From Octopus sinensis (Eukaryota): a DNA stretch of 25,215 bases. How positions within the stretch are numbered: the first letter of the stretch is position 1; each line of letters begins with the position of its first letter. Shown here piece by piece: positions 10,481-22,624 of the stretch. Location of the stretch: contig NW_021836335.1 of the NCBI RefSeq assembly GCF_006345805.1, positions 1-25,215 of the forward strand. Direction: 5' to 3'. The notes beneath the pieces are model-generated. The model searched no databases. It was not told the origin of the DNA and worked only from the letters and a program-made list of their open reading frames with translations. A program made the position numbers and the translations under genes.

Positions 10481-10984
10481 ATTTAACGCAGCATGTTCAC
10501 TAATGTCTGCCTCACCTGCATTCATGCATAACCTTGTTTAATAAAAATTATCAAAAAGTCACTTAACCCATTGGTAAGTAACTGCATTAACTAGAAGGAG
10601 AAACATCTTCCTCGAAGGTGACTCTCTTCGTATTATCGCCACATCTTTAGTCTTTGTATAAATTTGGAATGTAATATCGGATTCTGGTAGGTTATCTATT
10701 CGATGCAACGTATTCTGGCTTCCATTATCTGCCTATTCGAATTTTTATATGGCTTCATAACACTACGCAAATCTTTATGCCATCATATATAATGTAATAC
10801 AGAATCCTTGTTTCTTGTTATCGTATAATTACGGAATTGTTTTGCTCAGTCAATAAATGTACCGCAGACATAGAGAAATATAAAAAGGCAAGCGCTTGCG
10901 GTTGTGTGTATCTTTGTGAGAGAGATTGTATGTGTGTGCGTGCGTGTGTGTGTGTGTGTGTGTGTATGTGTGTGTGTGAGCATA

Positions 10985-11357
<373 letters not shown>

Positions 11358-11458
11358 CAGGAGATATATTTAAGAATTTAAAAAAATTGAAGAGGAATAA
11401 CTGACCTGTCTTTCTGAGATGTTGTCTTGTGTGTAGCTACAGACAAGACAAAATGTGC

Positions 11459-11740
11459 TTACGACAACGAGGGTTCGAGTTGATCCGAACAAGGGCACAG
11501 CTTGTTCGTGAGAAAAAACGTGCAAGTGGCTGAGCACTCCACAGTCACGCATAACCCTTCACATAATTTTCAGAGAAATTCAGCGTGACACAGAGTGTAT
11601 CAAGGCTGGACCTTTGAAATACAGGCACTACTCATTTTTTCCCCAGCTAAGTGGTCTGGATCAGCGTGAAATATAGTGTCTTGCTCAAGGACATAACACG
11701 CCGCCGGGAATCGAACGCGCGAGCCGAATGTTCTAATCTA
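11459..11740 (-). mobile_element. SINE with family B 3' body but a different central domain
   Basis: 11459-11628 aligns to 12957-13125, then GTGTCTTGCTCAAGGACATAACAC and GGGAATCGAAC (reverse B-box) replace the family B centre. Confidence 0.8.
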
Positions 11741-11768
11741 TGAACCATTTATGTGTCTATATGTATAA

Positions 11769-12189
11769 GGCGCAGGAGTGGCTGTGTGGTAAGTAGCTTG
11801 CTAACCAACCACATGGTTCCGGGTTCAGTCCCACTGCGTGGCACCTTGGGCAAGTGTCTTCTACTATAGCCTCGGGCCGACCAATGCCGTGTGAGTGGAT
11901 TTGGTAGACGGAAACTGAAAGAAGCCCGTCGTATATATGTATATATATATATATATGTATGTGCGTGTGTGTTTGTGTGTCTGTGTTTGTCCCCCTAGCA
12001 TTGCTTGACAACCGATGCTGGTGTGTTTACGTCCCCGTCACTTAGCGGTTCGGCAAAAGAGACCGATAGAATAAGTACTGGGCTTACAAAGAATAAGTCC
12101 TGGGGTCGGTTTGCTCGACTAAAGGCGGTGCTCCAGCATGGCCGCAGTCAAATGACTGAAACAAGTAAAAGAGTAAAGAGTAAAGAGTA
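11769..12189 (+). mobile_element. tRNA-derived SINE family A, full length
   Basis: A box TGGCTGTGTGG, B box GGTTCAGTCCC, internal (TA)/(TG) tract, 3' (AGTAAAG)n tail; many copies in this window. Confidence 0.95.
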
Positions 12190-12359
12190 TGTTTGTGTGC
12201 GTGCGTGTGTGTATATGTGTGTGTTGTGTGTGTGTGTGTGTGTGTGTGCATCTTTATTTTTTTTGCCACAGCAGCGCTTGATAAATGCTATTGGTTTGCC
12301 TAAGACCCAGTAACAAAACGTTTCTAGAAAAAAAAAACACTTTAAACGATTAATTTCTG

Positions 12360-12442
12360 AGTCGATCACTTCGACCAAAGCGTATCAAGGCGATGCCCCA
12401 GCATGGCCGCAATCTCATGACGAAAACAAGTCAATCATAAAA
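12360..12442 (+). mobile_element. SINE family A 3' fragment
   Basis: AAGGCGATGCCCCAGCATGGCCGCAATC..AAACAAGT. Confidence 0.7.
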
Positions 12443-12939
12443 AGTAGTACCTAACATCAATTAGAAACTGTGATTTTTTCCTTTCTCTCTAAGGACGGAA
12501 GTTAATTTTGAACATTAAGGATCCTGTAAAAATTATGACTCCCTCTGGCTTTTGATGTAAATTATGAAAATGTTCTACCTTGTCACAAACTGAATAAATC
12601 AATATGAAGATTTATTTTTCCATGTTCTCAGTGCAGGTCCCACTGTGATCATGTTTGCATTTCATTACTCTGGACTTAATTAACCCTTTAAATACGCTAA
12701 TTAATGTTTGAACATGTTACTCTAACCGCAATAAATTGGCGACGCGACAATTAATTATATTTTAAACCAGAATTAAAAAAAAAAATTATTTAAAAGCAAC
12801 TGGCGTGATTGTCAGAATGTTTAATTGAAAAATTTTCATATCTCTGCCCAAGTTCTGAGAATCGGTTATTGACATTTTGCGTACTAAATTCTTTGGGTCG
12901 AGCGAAAACTGAAGCGGGTGCATTTTAGTTTCAATATAG

Positions 12940-13322
12940 AGAAGCACTCCGTCAGTTACGACGACGAGGGTTCCGGTTGATCCGAATCAACGGAACAGCC
13001 TGCTCGTGAAATTAACGTGTAAGTGGCGGAGCACTCCACAGACACGTGTACCCTTAACGTAGTTCTCGGGGATATTCAGCGTGACACAGAGAGTGACAAG
13101 GCCGGCCCTTTGAAATACAGGTACAACAGAAACAGGAAGTAAGAGTGAGAGAAAGTTGTGGTGAAAGAGTACAGCAGGGATCACCACCATCTCCTGCCGG
13201 AGCCTCGTGGAGCTTTAGGTGTTTTCGCTCAATAAACACTCACAACGCCCGGTCTGGGAATCGAAACCGCGATCCTATGACCGCGAATCCGCTGCCCTAA
13301 CCACTGGGCCATTGCGCCTCCG
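12940..13322 (-). mobile_element. tRNA-derived SINE family B, full length with 13-bp target-site duplication
   Basis: Minus-strand head GGAGGCGCAATGGCCCAGTGGTTAGGGC..GGTTTCGATTCCC. Perfect TSD AGTTTCAATATAG at 12927-12939 and 13323-13335. Confidence 0.95.
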
Positions 13323-13344
13323 AGTTTCAATATAGTATTCGTAG

Positions 13345-13935
13345 AAGACTGTGAGCGGGCAGGATTTTTAGTGCGTCTTTACGTTCTGAGTTCAAATTCT
13401 ACCGGGGGTGACTATGCGTTTCATCCTTCTTGGGTCGATAAAGTAAGTTCCAGTTGCGTACTAGGGTTGATTTAGTCGACTGGCCCCCACCCCCAAAATT
13501 TCGGGCCTTGTGCCTAGAGTACAAAAGACTATATTCTTCAAAGAAGGCTGTGAGCTGGCAGGATCTTTAGCACGTCATTTCGTCCGTCTTTACGTTCTGA
13601 GCTCAAATTCTGCCGTGGGATGACTTTGCGTTTCATCCAATCGAGGTCAATAAATTAAGTACCAGTCGAGGTTTGGGATCGATTAAATCGATTTAACCCA
13701 TTCCTCGAATTTGCTGTCCTTGTGCCAAAATTTGAAATCGATATTAAGGTGGTAATCTGGCAGAGGCGCTAGCATGCCAGGAGAAATGCTTAGCAGCATT
13801 TCGTCTGTCTACGTTCTGTATTCAAATCCTTTGGTGGGGGGGGGGGGGTTAAGTACCAGATGAGCCCTAGGGTCGATGTAATTGTCGTAGCTCTTCCTCA
13901 TAGCTTCCTGGCCTTGTGCCAAAATTTGAAACCAA
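13345..13935 (+). mobile_element. Three consecutive SINE family C copies (about 13345-13530, 13545-13740, 13746-13935)
   Basis: TACGTTCTG..TCAAAT and AAGT.CCAG..GGG.TCGAT blocks recur three times; the tails differ. Confidence 0.85.
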
Positions 13936-14358
13936 TATATTCCTGCAAGACGAAAGAGCGTCAAGACTTTGTGTTTACGATTCGTAAAATGGCAGAAGAA
14001 ACGTTTATTAAATCTAACACTAATCCCTAATCCTAATCCTGATATTTAGCCTTAAGCAAAAAACTATTTCGCCGCACAATTTTGCATGTCTCAAGCGCAT
14101 AATAAATCGAAATCACTTCCCTTCGAACGTACTCTTGAGTTTAAAAGAAAGAAAAATAAATCTGTAAAGAATAGATTAACGATGCTTAATTTGACGATTC
14201 GTATACTTATCCTCCGGAGATTATCCATTATATGCGAGGAAGGGATACACTATACATCGCTGTTTATCAATACATCTTCCATCAAACGGGTTGACTTAAT
14301 TAGGGATGGCATGGACGGATTATAACGTAATTGATGGAATATGAAACGTCCATAAGAA

Positions 14359-15422
14359 CAATGGTCGTCAGCCATTGCGGACCGCAGACCAGTTCTGGGC
14401 CGTGGATCATTTTCTACCAGGCCGCAGAGAAGGAATAAATCTTAAAATTTTATTTCTATTTCACAGACGAATTATTAGCCCTCAGCAGTGTTTATGTATG
14501 AGCAGGTCTAGATAAATTGAAATATGTTCATCGCATATTTCAACGGTGAAACGGTAAATACAGTGCAGTTAGAGAAAATGTAGAGAAAATGTCTCTCTTA
14601 TGATAAAATTTTTTATTTTATTTATTTTTTTTTGTTCTTTTCTTCCCTTTTACGATCCCTCTTGATCGAAAACCTACGCCACCCCCTTTTTTTTCTTTTG
14701 TTGTTTGTTTTTTTCATCCCCCAAAAGAAAAGCTCTACCTTGTAACTTGTCCCATCTGTGTGCAGCCCTGTGTGGCCAATAAAGAAACTTATCTTATGAT
14801 AAAAAGATGTGAAAACAACTTAGTCTATTCAGTGTCGCCATCTATTAGCAATCACAGACACCGATGTTTCAAGCTAGTTAGCTATTATCGGTTTGATGTA
14901 ACCTAGAAAGGGAACTCTAAACGGACTTATAAAGCTGCAGTTTAATATATAATTCGGTCAACAGGTTGACCGATTTGCGCAAGTAGGTCGTTCGATCGAA
15001 GATAAATAACGAATTATTAGCGCCAAGCAGTGTTTATGTATGAGCAGAATTAATCAAGTTGAAATATGTTCGTCACATATTTCAACTGCTAAAAGGCAAA
15101 CATAAGTCCGTTTAGAGTTGCATCTCTAACGTACATCTCATCGAAAATAGCCAACAAATCTTGAAACATCGATGTCTGAGATTCCTCATAGATGGCTACA
15201 CTGAACGAACATTTTTACCGTAAGAGAGATATGTTCTCCACAGTAACTGCAGTAAATTTGCCTTTCAGCAGTTGAAATACGCGACGGACATATTTCAATT
15301 TCGCTAATTCCGATCATCTATTTTATTGATTCTTCCTGCCTGTCGCATGATTTATTCCCCGGCCTTTGGAAGTATTATCTTGCACGAAAGTATGGAGAAA
15401 CCAAAAAGGTTGAGGACCGCTA
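14359..15422. mobile_element. Non-autonomous hAT (Charlie-like) DNA transposon with internal inverted and direct repeats
   Basis: Right end CCAAAAAGGTTGAGGACCGCTA resembles the reverse complement of the Charlie-type terminus CAGCGGTCCCCAACCTTTTTGG. Left end is CAATGGTCGTCAGCC. Flanking 8-mers CATAAGAA and CATCAGAG match at 6 of 8, fitting a decayed 8-bp TSD. Confidence 0.7.
14609..14791 (+). mobile_element. 5'-truncated retroposon 3' end (LINE 3' UTR-like) with 13-bp TSD, nested in the hAT element
   Basis: TCTTATGATAAAA at 14596-14608 and 14792-14804; ends in CAGCCCTGTGTGGCCAATAAAGAAA. Confidence 0.8.
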
Positions 15423-15866
15423 CATCAGAGTAGAGCAAAGTAGAAATAAAAAGAAACAAAACAATGAAACTTTAACTGGTAGTTCGATACTCTCTCTCAA
15501 ATCCGAAGAGACGAAAATAGTCGGGTAAGGTGTAATTATATATTATTTATGTTTTATACTGATTTAATTCCGAAACGTACGTCCGTGGGTAACCTAATAT
15601 AGAATGATTTTCGTCATTTTTCCCCTTTTGCCTGCGTGGTTTGTTTTCAAGTGCTTTGGTTTTTCTGGGAACCCCCTTTAAAGTAGAAGGAATAGCTAAG
15701 ATTTTTTGACTGATATTTCTAAACTTCGGTATGTGGTGAAGCAAATCGTTGCTGAACCCTATTTATAAAGTATTAATTAAACTTACCATGAAATGGTCCT
15801 TTTCATGCCGAATTCTACTAGGTGAAATTACTGATTACTTCTTAATTAATTAATTTCACCCTTTGT

Positions 15867-15916
<50 letters not shown>

Positions 15917-16189
15917 TATATATATATTATATATATATATATCTGTGTGTGTGTGTACACTCTGCGTATTTTATCTCTGTTACCATAGAAACAGTCCCAA
16001 CACTTTTTGATCAGACGTCGCACGTGCATCTTATTTTCTCGTCCCTATGTCATGCGTTATTATGTATGTCCATTTCTATCTAGATTCTATAACGAGAGAT
16101 CCAACGAACGTATATCCGGATTCTGGTATGTGAATTCCGCAATGTGCCTATCGAATACCGGATTCCGCACCGTTATTTGCGATGTATAT

Positions 16190-16247
<58 letters not shown>

Positions 16248-16252
<5 letters not shown>

Positions 16253-16360
16253 ATACAATATGTTACATACTCGAGTAATGTAACATATTGTATAGATAAA
16301 TTTCCTCTATTTACATAATATTGAGGTCTCTTTCTTTCTTTTGTTATCTTACCGTTTTAT

Positions 16361-16362
<2 letters not shown>
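16248..16362. mobile_element. Short insert in (TA)n beginning with a 51-bp near-perfect palindrome
   Basis: TATCTATACAATATGTTACAT-ACTCGAGT-A-ATGTAACATATTGTATAGATA (16248-16298), with (TA)n on both sides of the insert. Confidence 0.6.
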
Positions 16363-16404
<42 letters not shown>

Positions 16405-16421
16405 ATATGTATGTATGTATT

Positions 16422-16490
<69 letters not shown>

Positions 16491-17058
16491 GCGTTTCTTG
16501 GATCGATTTGTTATGGAATTACTAAGAGTTTATTAAGTTTCTTCTAACCCGAACACGCCATCTGTTTAGACTGTTTCATGATTATTATAGTTATAATTAA
16601 AATATCCATATTCCTTGCGATTAGTGTAGTTTATTGAAATCTATTCTGAGTAGTTCCCCAATAATTGCGTCTAATATTCTAACCATAATTTAGATTACCG
16701 GTTTGATATTTATTTAAAATAATTTTCTAGCTTAATTCATTGGGATGCGAAGGTTAGCTTGCTTAGCTAAATTGTTTTCCTAATAGAACTGACGATCTTA
16801 ATATAGAATCTTTCGTCTTATTATTAAATTAAATGTTGTGTGAATACAGATATTGATTTCCTTCGATTATGTTAAAGCACAGAATTTTGTAGGAGCAAGC
16901 TTATACTCACTTATTTGGCACTGGTTCCACCAACATATTTTGGCACTGAATTTTTCAATGCGACTGAAGAATGAAATCTAAAAAGGATTTAGATATGCTT
17001 TCTAACATAGCGTGTAGCAGCAGGTTTTTCTAACTTTTTGTTTTTCAAATACAACTTG

Positions 17059-17203
17059 CCCGTAACTTAGCAGTTCGGCAAAAGAGACCGATAGAATAAG
17101 TACTAGGCTTACAAAGAATAAGTCTTGGTGTCGATTTGACCGACTAAAGGCGGTGCTCCAGCATGGCCGCAGTCAAATGGCTGAAACAAGTAAAAAAGAA
17201 AAA
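17059..17203 (+). mobile_element. SINE family A 3' third
   Basis: Near-identical to 12034-12172. Confidence 0.92.
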
Positions 17204-18209
17204 GTGCAATGCAATTCTTGAAAATGTCTAAACCAACCTTCATTTACAGGTAGTGTTGGTCTCCTCACTAAATTCCAGATTCCAATTCCTTGCAGCGAAA
17301 ATGCCGTGCTTTTTATACAGTTCAGCACATTTTTTTTTTATCCGAAGGTCCTCTTGCAAGTTTCGGTTCCATCTTCCATCACGAACCAAACACGTGTTAT
17401 CAAAAATATCCGCGAACATTTCAGGTTTAATACCTCAATCAGAAGGCGGATTGACTTTTTATTTGCTGAATACGAATCATCCGGTTTCGTACAGGAAGTG
17501 AACGATACCGGGTGCAAGTGAGTATCTTTATAAATTTGTAACTGGAACTTTGGTCACAGATATTTCTTCTTCAGCAAATATACAAAATTTATAAAGATTC
17601 GCTTCTAGATTGCATGTAACACGATACAAAATTGATTTTCAATGCTATAAATATTAATAATTATTTGTAAGATTAATGAATAGTACTCACAGAATTAATA
17701 TTATGCAGGAAATATTTTCTTCGGCAAAGCAAATATTCAATCGTTATTTGATGGGTTTTAATATTTCATTCCAAGCAATAATATGCTGCCCAACCAACCG
17801 TCCTCCATTTTGAAAATTAAACGAATCTGAGAAAAATATTTCTGGATTATTAAAGAAAATGTTTTGCTATTACCAAGAGACGTCCATGTTGCGTGACTGA
17901 TGTGACAAATTCAAGTGTGTTTCACCGAAATAAATGCAAAAATTAAATAAATACATTCAAATACTTAAATAGATGAACGTGTGTGGAAAAGAAACATGGC
18001 CGCCAGCTGCAAGCGAGCATTACTTTGTAATACTACGTTTTCAAAAAATGGTTTTGGCTGACCGTGAAGACGCTACTAGGTAGAAGCACGTTCTGGGCTG
18101 TCTTTTTCTTGCTCCCGTCCCCATAAAAAATGACGGTGTGAAAAATAAAAAGAAGGAGGGAAGCACCGGCTTCTTTAATCTCTTCTATTGGACATCTTTT
18201 AATTATTGT

Positions 18210-18618
18210 CATCTGCTTCAGTCATTAGAATGCGACCATGCTGGGGCACCGCCTTGAATTTTTAATCGTAAGAATCGAACCCGGTACTTGTTTTGTTAAA
18301 CCTGGAGATTATTCTATCGGCCTCCTTTGCCGAACCGCTAAGATACGGAAATGTAAACGCACCAACACTGGTTGTCAAGCGGGGTGGGGGACAAGCACAG
18401 AAACAAATACATACACAAACATATATACACAAGCCCACACAAACACACACACATACACATATTTACAGCAGGTTTCTCTAAGTTTCCGTCTACCAAATCC
18501 ATTCACAAGGCCCGAGCCTAGAGTAGAAGACACTTATCCAAAATTCCACGGAATGAGACTGAACCCGAAACCATGTGTTTGGAAGGCAAGCTTCTTACCA
18601 CACAGCCACACCTGCGCC
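18210..18618 (-). mobile_element. SINE family A, full length, diverged
   Basis: Ends CTTACCACACAGCCACACCTGCGCC, the reverse complement of the head; accounts for ORF 18238-18723. Confidence 0.9.
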
Positions 18619-18789
18619 TATACATCCTGTTTCTTTTTTTTTTTTCAAGTAGAGTATACAAGAGAAGCATTCCTTTCCTCGTGGCCATACAACACCAAAA
18701 CAGCCGGACTAGCATACTTCTAAGAAGAGCTGGAAGACAAACACTCAGCATACCACAAAAAGACCGCACATGGATATGATTTGCGCGGA

Positions 18790-19480
18790 CTCGTAACCGC
18801 TATCATAGCATCACATTTCGAAGGCTACGCATTTGCGATCGAAGAACAGGAAATTGCTACTAAAATACCTAACCAACAAAAGAGACAGTGAAGCCATTGG
18901 AGTTGCGAGATGGAATCGTAAATGCAGATGATGTCATATATCTGTGGAAAGCATCACACACGTGATTAGAAGCTGCCGAAAAATGCCATCAAAGTACTAC
19001 TTCGACATGCGACACGACGATGTTGCGAAAACGATATAAAATGCCATTCAGAAAAAAGTCGGTTCTGGAATAAAGACAGGGAACTCCGCTGTTATTAAAT
19101 ACGTACCAAAATACCAGCTCAGCTGTTGAGTGTAAGCATTCCCGGCCGGAGTTTGTTATTTGGGACAGAGAAGAAAATATATTTACCATCATACAGGTCA
19201 ACTGTCCTGCTGAAGTGAATATCTCTTTGAAAATCAAAGAGTAGGTAGATAACCATAGACAACTGTTTCGAAGCCCCTTTCATCTGTATCCGGATTACAA
19301 ATTTACATATATATTAATAATAATTGGATCACTTGGTTTGGCAAATAAATGCCTAACTGTCAATCTGGGTAAGCTTAGATTTTCAGAAAATGAATTCAAC
19401 CAAGTGATTCACACATTGCAAATACAATTTGTAAGCGGAACAGTAAAAATCTGCAAGACTTTTCTGAAGTTTGAATTTGG
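18790..19480 (+). mobile_element. Decayed RLE-type non-LTR retrotransposon C-terminus (CCHC zinc knuckle plus endonuclease), copy 2
   Basis: SHFEGYAFAIEEQEIATK / YLTNKRD..KCR*CHISVESITHVIRSCRKMPSKYYFDMRHDDVAKTI..CKHSRPEFVIWDREE..IIQVNCPAEVNISLKIKE..LYPDYKFTYILIIIGSLG..SGTVKICKTFLKF. Confidence 0.85.
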
Positions 19481-19567
19481 CATTCCAAACGTGGAGCTTT
19501 GTAACTTTGTTAGAAACAAGCTCCTCCTTCAGAACAAAAATTTATATGATTAAATGCAGAAGAGGTC

Positions 19568-19568
19568 A

Positions 19569-19662
<94 letters not shown>

Positions 19663-19730
19663 ATATCTATCTATATCTATCTATCTGCCTGTCTGTCTGT
19701 CTGTCTGTATGTATGTATGTCTGTTTGTCA
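19568..19730. repeat. (CTAT)n / (CTGT)n tetranucleotide microsatellite
   Basis: Direct reading. Confidence 0.95.
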
Positions 19731-20406
19731 GTCTACTTACCTCAATGGATAGATAGACAGATAGATAAACAGATAGGTAAATTGATAGATAGATATAGAT
19801 ATGTGTGTATATGTGAGTAGGCTTGTGAAACGCATATATTTATTTTTTTTTTGTCAATTCACTCGAGTCCGCGCCATGAGAGAATTTATCTGTCAACTTC
19901 GAATACGTAAATTATTTACCGAAGGACAAATAATAAATGAGTAAATATATGAAAATTATATATAAAAAAGAAAGAAATATAGACTGAATACAAAAAACAA
20001 GCTATTATTGAGATAAACAAAAGAATGTGGGAGACTTATTTATATGATATATACGTGTGAGTTTGTTTGTATATGCTTATAAATTCAAACACACGCATAC
20101 ACACACACAAATATAAACCTACACACATGCACGTTCACACACACACAAACACACACACACATATATATATATATATGGAGAAGGAGAGATACGTATATAC
20201 AGAAACGTATCTATATATAATATGCATACATAGGCACACACACACACGCTGCACGTATCTAGACAACCATATACATATATGTATGCAACTATATACATGT
20301 GTGTCTGTGTATATATATATATATACATAAATTGCATTCGTACAATTTCATGTATATATAATATATATACATGACTGTACATATTATATATATATAATAT
20401 ACATAC

Positions 20407-20464
<58 letters not shown>

Positions 20465-20737
20465 ATATAATATACATACTGTACATATATATATATATAT
20501 ATTATATTATATTGATAATACATGACTGTACATATCTATATATATATATATACATGGCTATATATATATATATATATACATATATATATGTAAAAGACTG
20601 AAGATTTACTACTTTGTATCATTTTTCAAAGCAGGTGCCGAACACACACGCACACACACGCACACACACGCACACACACACTCACACACACGCACACACA
20701 CACTAATACAAACACACACATATATGTATGTTTCCAA

Positions 20738-21219
20738 CGAGCTGGCTGAAACGTTAGCACGCCGAACGAAATGCGTAGCCGTATTTCGCCTACCGTTACG
20801 TTCTGAGTTCAAATTCCGCCGAGGTCGACTGTGCCTTTCATCCTTTCGGGGTCGATAAATTAAGCACCAGTTACGCACTGGGGTCGATATAATAGACTTA
20901 ATACCTATGTCTGTCCTTGTTTGTCCCCTCTATGTTTACCCCCTTGTGGGTAATAAAGAAACAGGTAGTTCGTGTGCCGTTACGTTCTGAGTTCAAATTC
21001 CGCAGAGGTCGACTGTGCCTTTCATCCTTTCGGGGTCGATTAAATTAAGCACCAGTACGCACTGGGGTCGAATAATAGACTTATACCTATGTCTGTCCTT
21101 GTTTGTGCCCTCTATGTTTACCCTTGTGGGTAATAAAGAACATGTAGTTCGTGTGCGTTACGTCTGAGTTCAATTGCAGAGGTCGACTTTGCCTTTCATC
21201 CTTTCGGGGTCGATAAATA
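20738..21219 (+). mobile_element. Head-to-tail array of SINE family C: one near-full copy plus about 1.4 head-truncated copies, period about 180 bp
   Basis: CCCTTGTGGGTAATAAAGAA at 20941 and 21121; the core occurs three times. Confidence 0.92.
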
Positions 21220-21662
21220 ATTACACAAACACACACACACACACATCCACATATGAGTGTGTGTGTGTGTGTGTGTGTGCAAATATCTATACAACCATAT
21301 ACATACATGTATGCAACTATATATATATATATATGAATTCCATGTGTACTATTTAATTTTTGCTGAACTATTGTATCATTTTTCGAACACACACACACGC
21401 GCACGCACAGACATAAACACACGCGCATAGAGATGGAAAGAAAACATGCTCTTAAATACCACATATGAGCGGTTGACTCTCTTGTGTTTAAATTATTTCT
21501 TTCTCTCAAGAAAACATCTGAAACGCTGTAATACCAATCTGAAAATTTGAAATCACATTTTAAGTTGACATTTGGCATTAAAAACATTGAAGTACATTTA
21601 ATGTTATATTTCATTTCTTCAACCCACTGTAGAACTAAACTCGACAGACAGACACACTTGTT

Positions 21663-21810
<148 letters not shown>

Positions 21811-21811
21811 T

Positions 21812-22010
21812 GAAGGAAGAACTATTTTCATCGTACTTGTGGCTATGGAGAAAGAATGTGTAAGGGGGATGCGTCTGAAAGGTCTAGAGACAAGCACTTT
21901 CCTTTCTGGCCAATCTCTCATCAACTTCTTCAGGCAGCTCTTGAAGATGAAGGTGTGAGTAGAGAGGGAAGTTTTGGCTAGTGAATGTTTCAATAAAAGA
22001 TAGGTGAATG
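21812..22010 (+). mobile_element. Decayed L1/Tx1-like LINE ORF2 C-terminal fragment
   Basis: [64 protein letters not shown] resembles the Tx1-clade terminal pattern (LxxAKxxIW..R..F..E..F..W), recalled from memory. Confidence 0.5.
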
Positions 22011-22014
22011 GAAA

Positions 22015-22108
22015 AACATGAAATAAAGTGTCTTGCTCAAGAACACAACACGCAGCCTGTTCCGAGAATCGAACTCACAACCTCACGATCGTAAGCTCGA
22101 CGCTCTAA
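22015..22108 (-). mobile_element. tRNA-derived SINE head fragment (same centre as 11660-11740)
   Basis: AAGTGTCTTGCTCAAGAACACAACAC..GAGAATCGAACTC..CGCTCTAA. Confidence 0.75.
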
Positions 22109-22624
22109 TAAACACAGAGTATTGATTCCGTCATTCCTAGTTTATTTTGTACGTGATTCCTTTGAGTAAATACTTGTTGTTCGCTTACGTATTCCTATCC
22201 AGTTTTATTCGTCTTGTGTGATGCAGTACAACGTAGATATACTTGTAAGAGCATAGTAAGTTGACAACAGAGTGTTATGTATGCACGGCCTATTTACCAG
22301 TTGGTGTTTGCGAAATTACCATTGGTGTTAATTAGTAAATTTGAGCAGTAAACTAATTAAAGGTTTATATTGTTTCTCGTCGATTCAGTAATTTAGAATT
22401 TAGGGCTGTCATATATTGATGAAGGGTGTTTAGCTCTGCGTCAGGCTGTTAATGTGTTTATCAGACCAGAAAATACGATAAAATAAACACTAAATAAAAA
22501 ACAACAGGAAATTATTGATTTACTGAAATGGTTTCCGCTTTCAGAGAAGGGAAAATAATCGCCTGGTGGCAATTGAGACCATCACGAAATGAGGAGGGGA
22601 GATAATCTCAACTTATGCATGTTT

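Noticed and set aside
14013-14055. CTAACACTAATCCCTAATCCTAATCCT telomere-like run
   Set aside because: Only a few degenerate units; too short to call an interstitial telomere or to assign to an element.
15555-15870. Complex segment abutting (TA)n, possibly another Penelope-like terminal fragment
   Set aside because: No diagnostic motif or second copy in the window; it needs a repeat-library search.
17220-18140. Possible decayed DNA-transposon or transposase sequence
   Set aside because: No convincing DDE motif, TIRs or TSD could be recovered by manual translation.
20738-21219. Regularly spaced repeats considered as a CRISPR-like array
   Set aside because: The units are whole SINE bodies without unique spacers, in a eukaryotic context.
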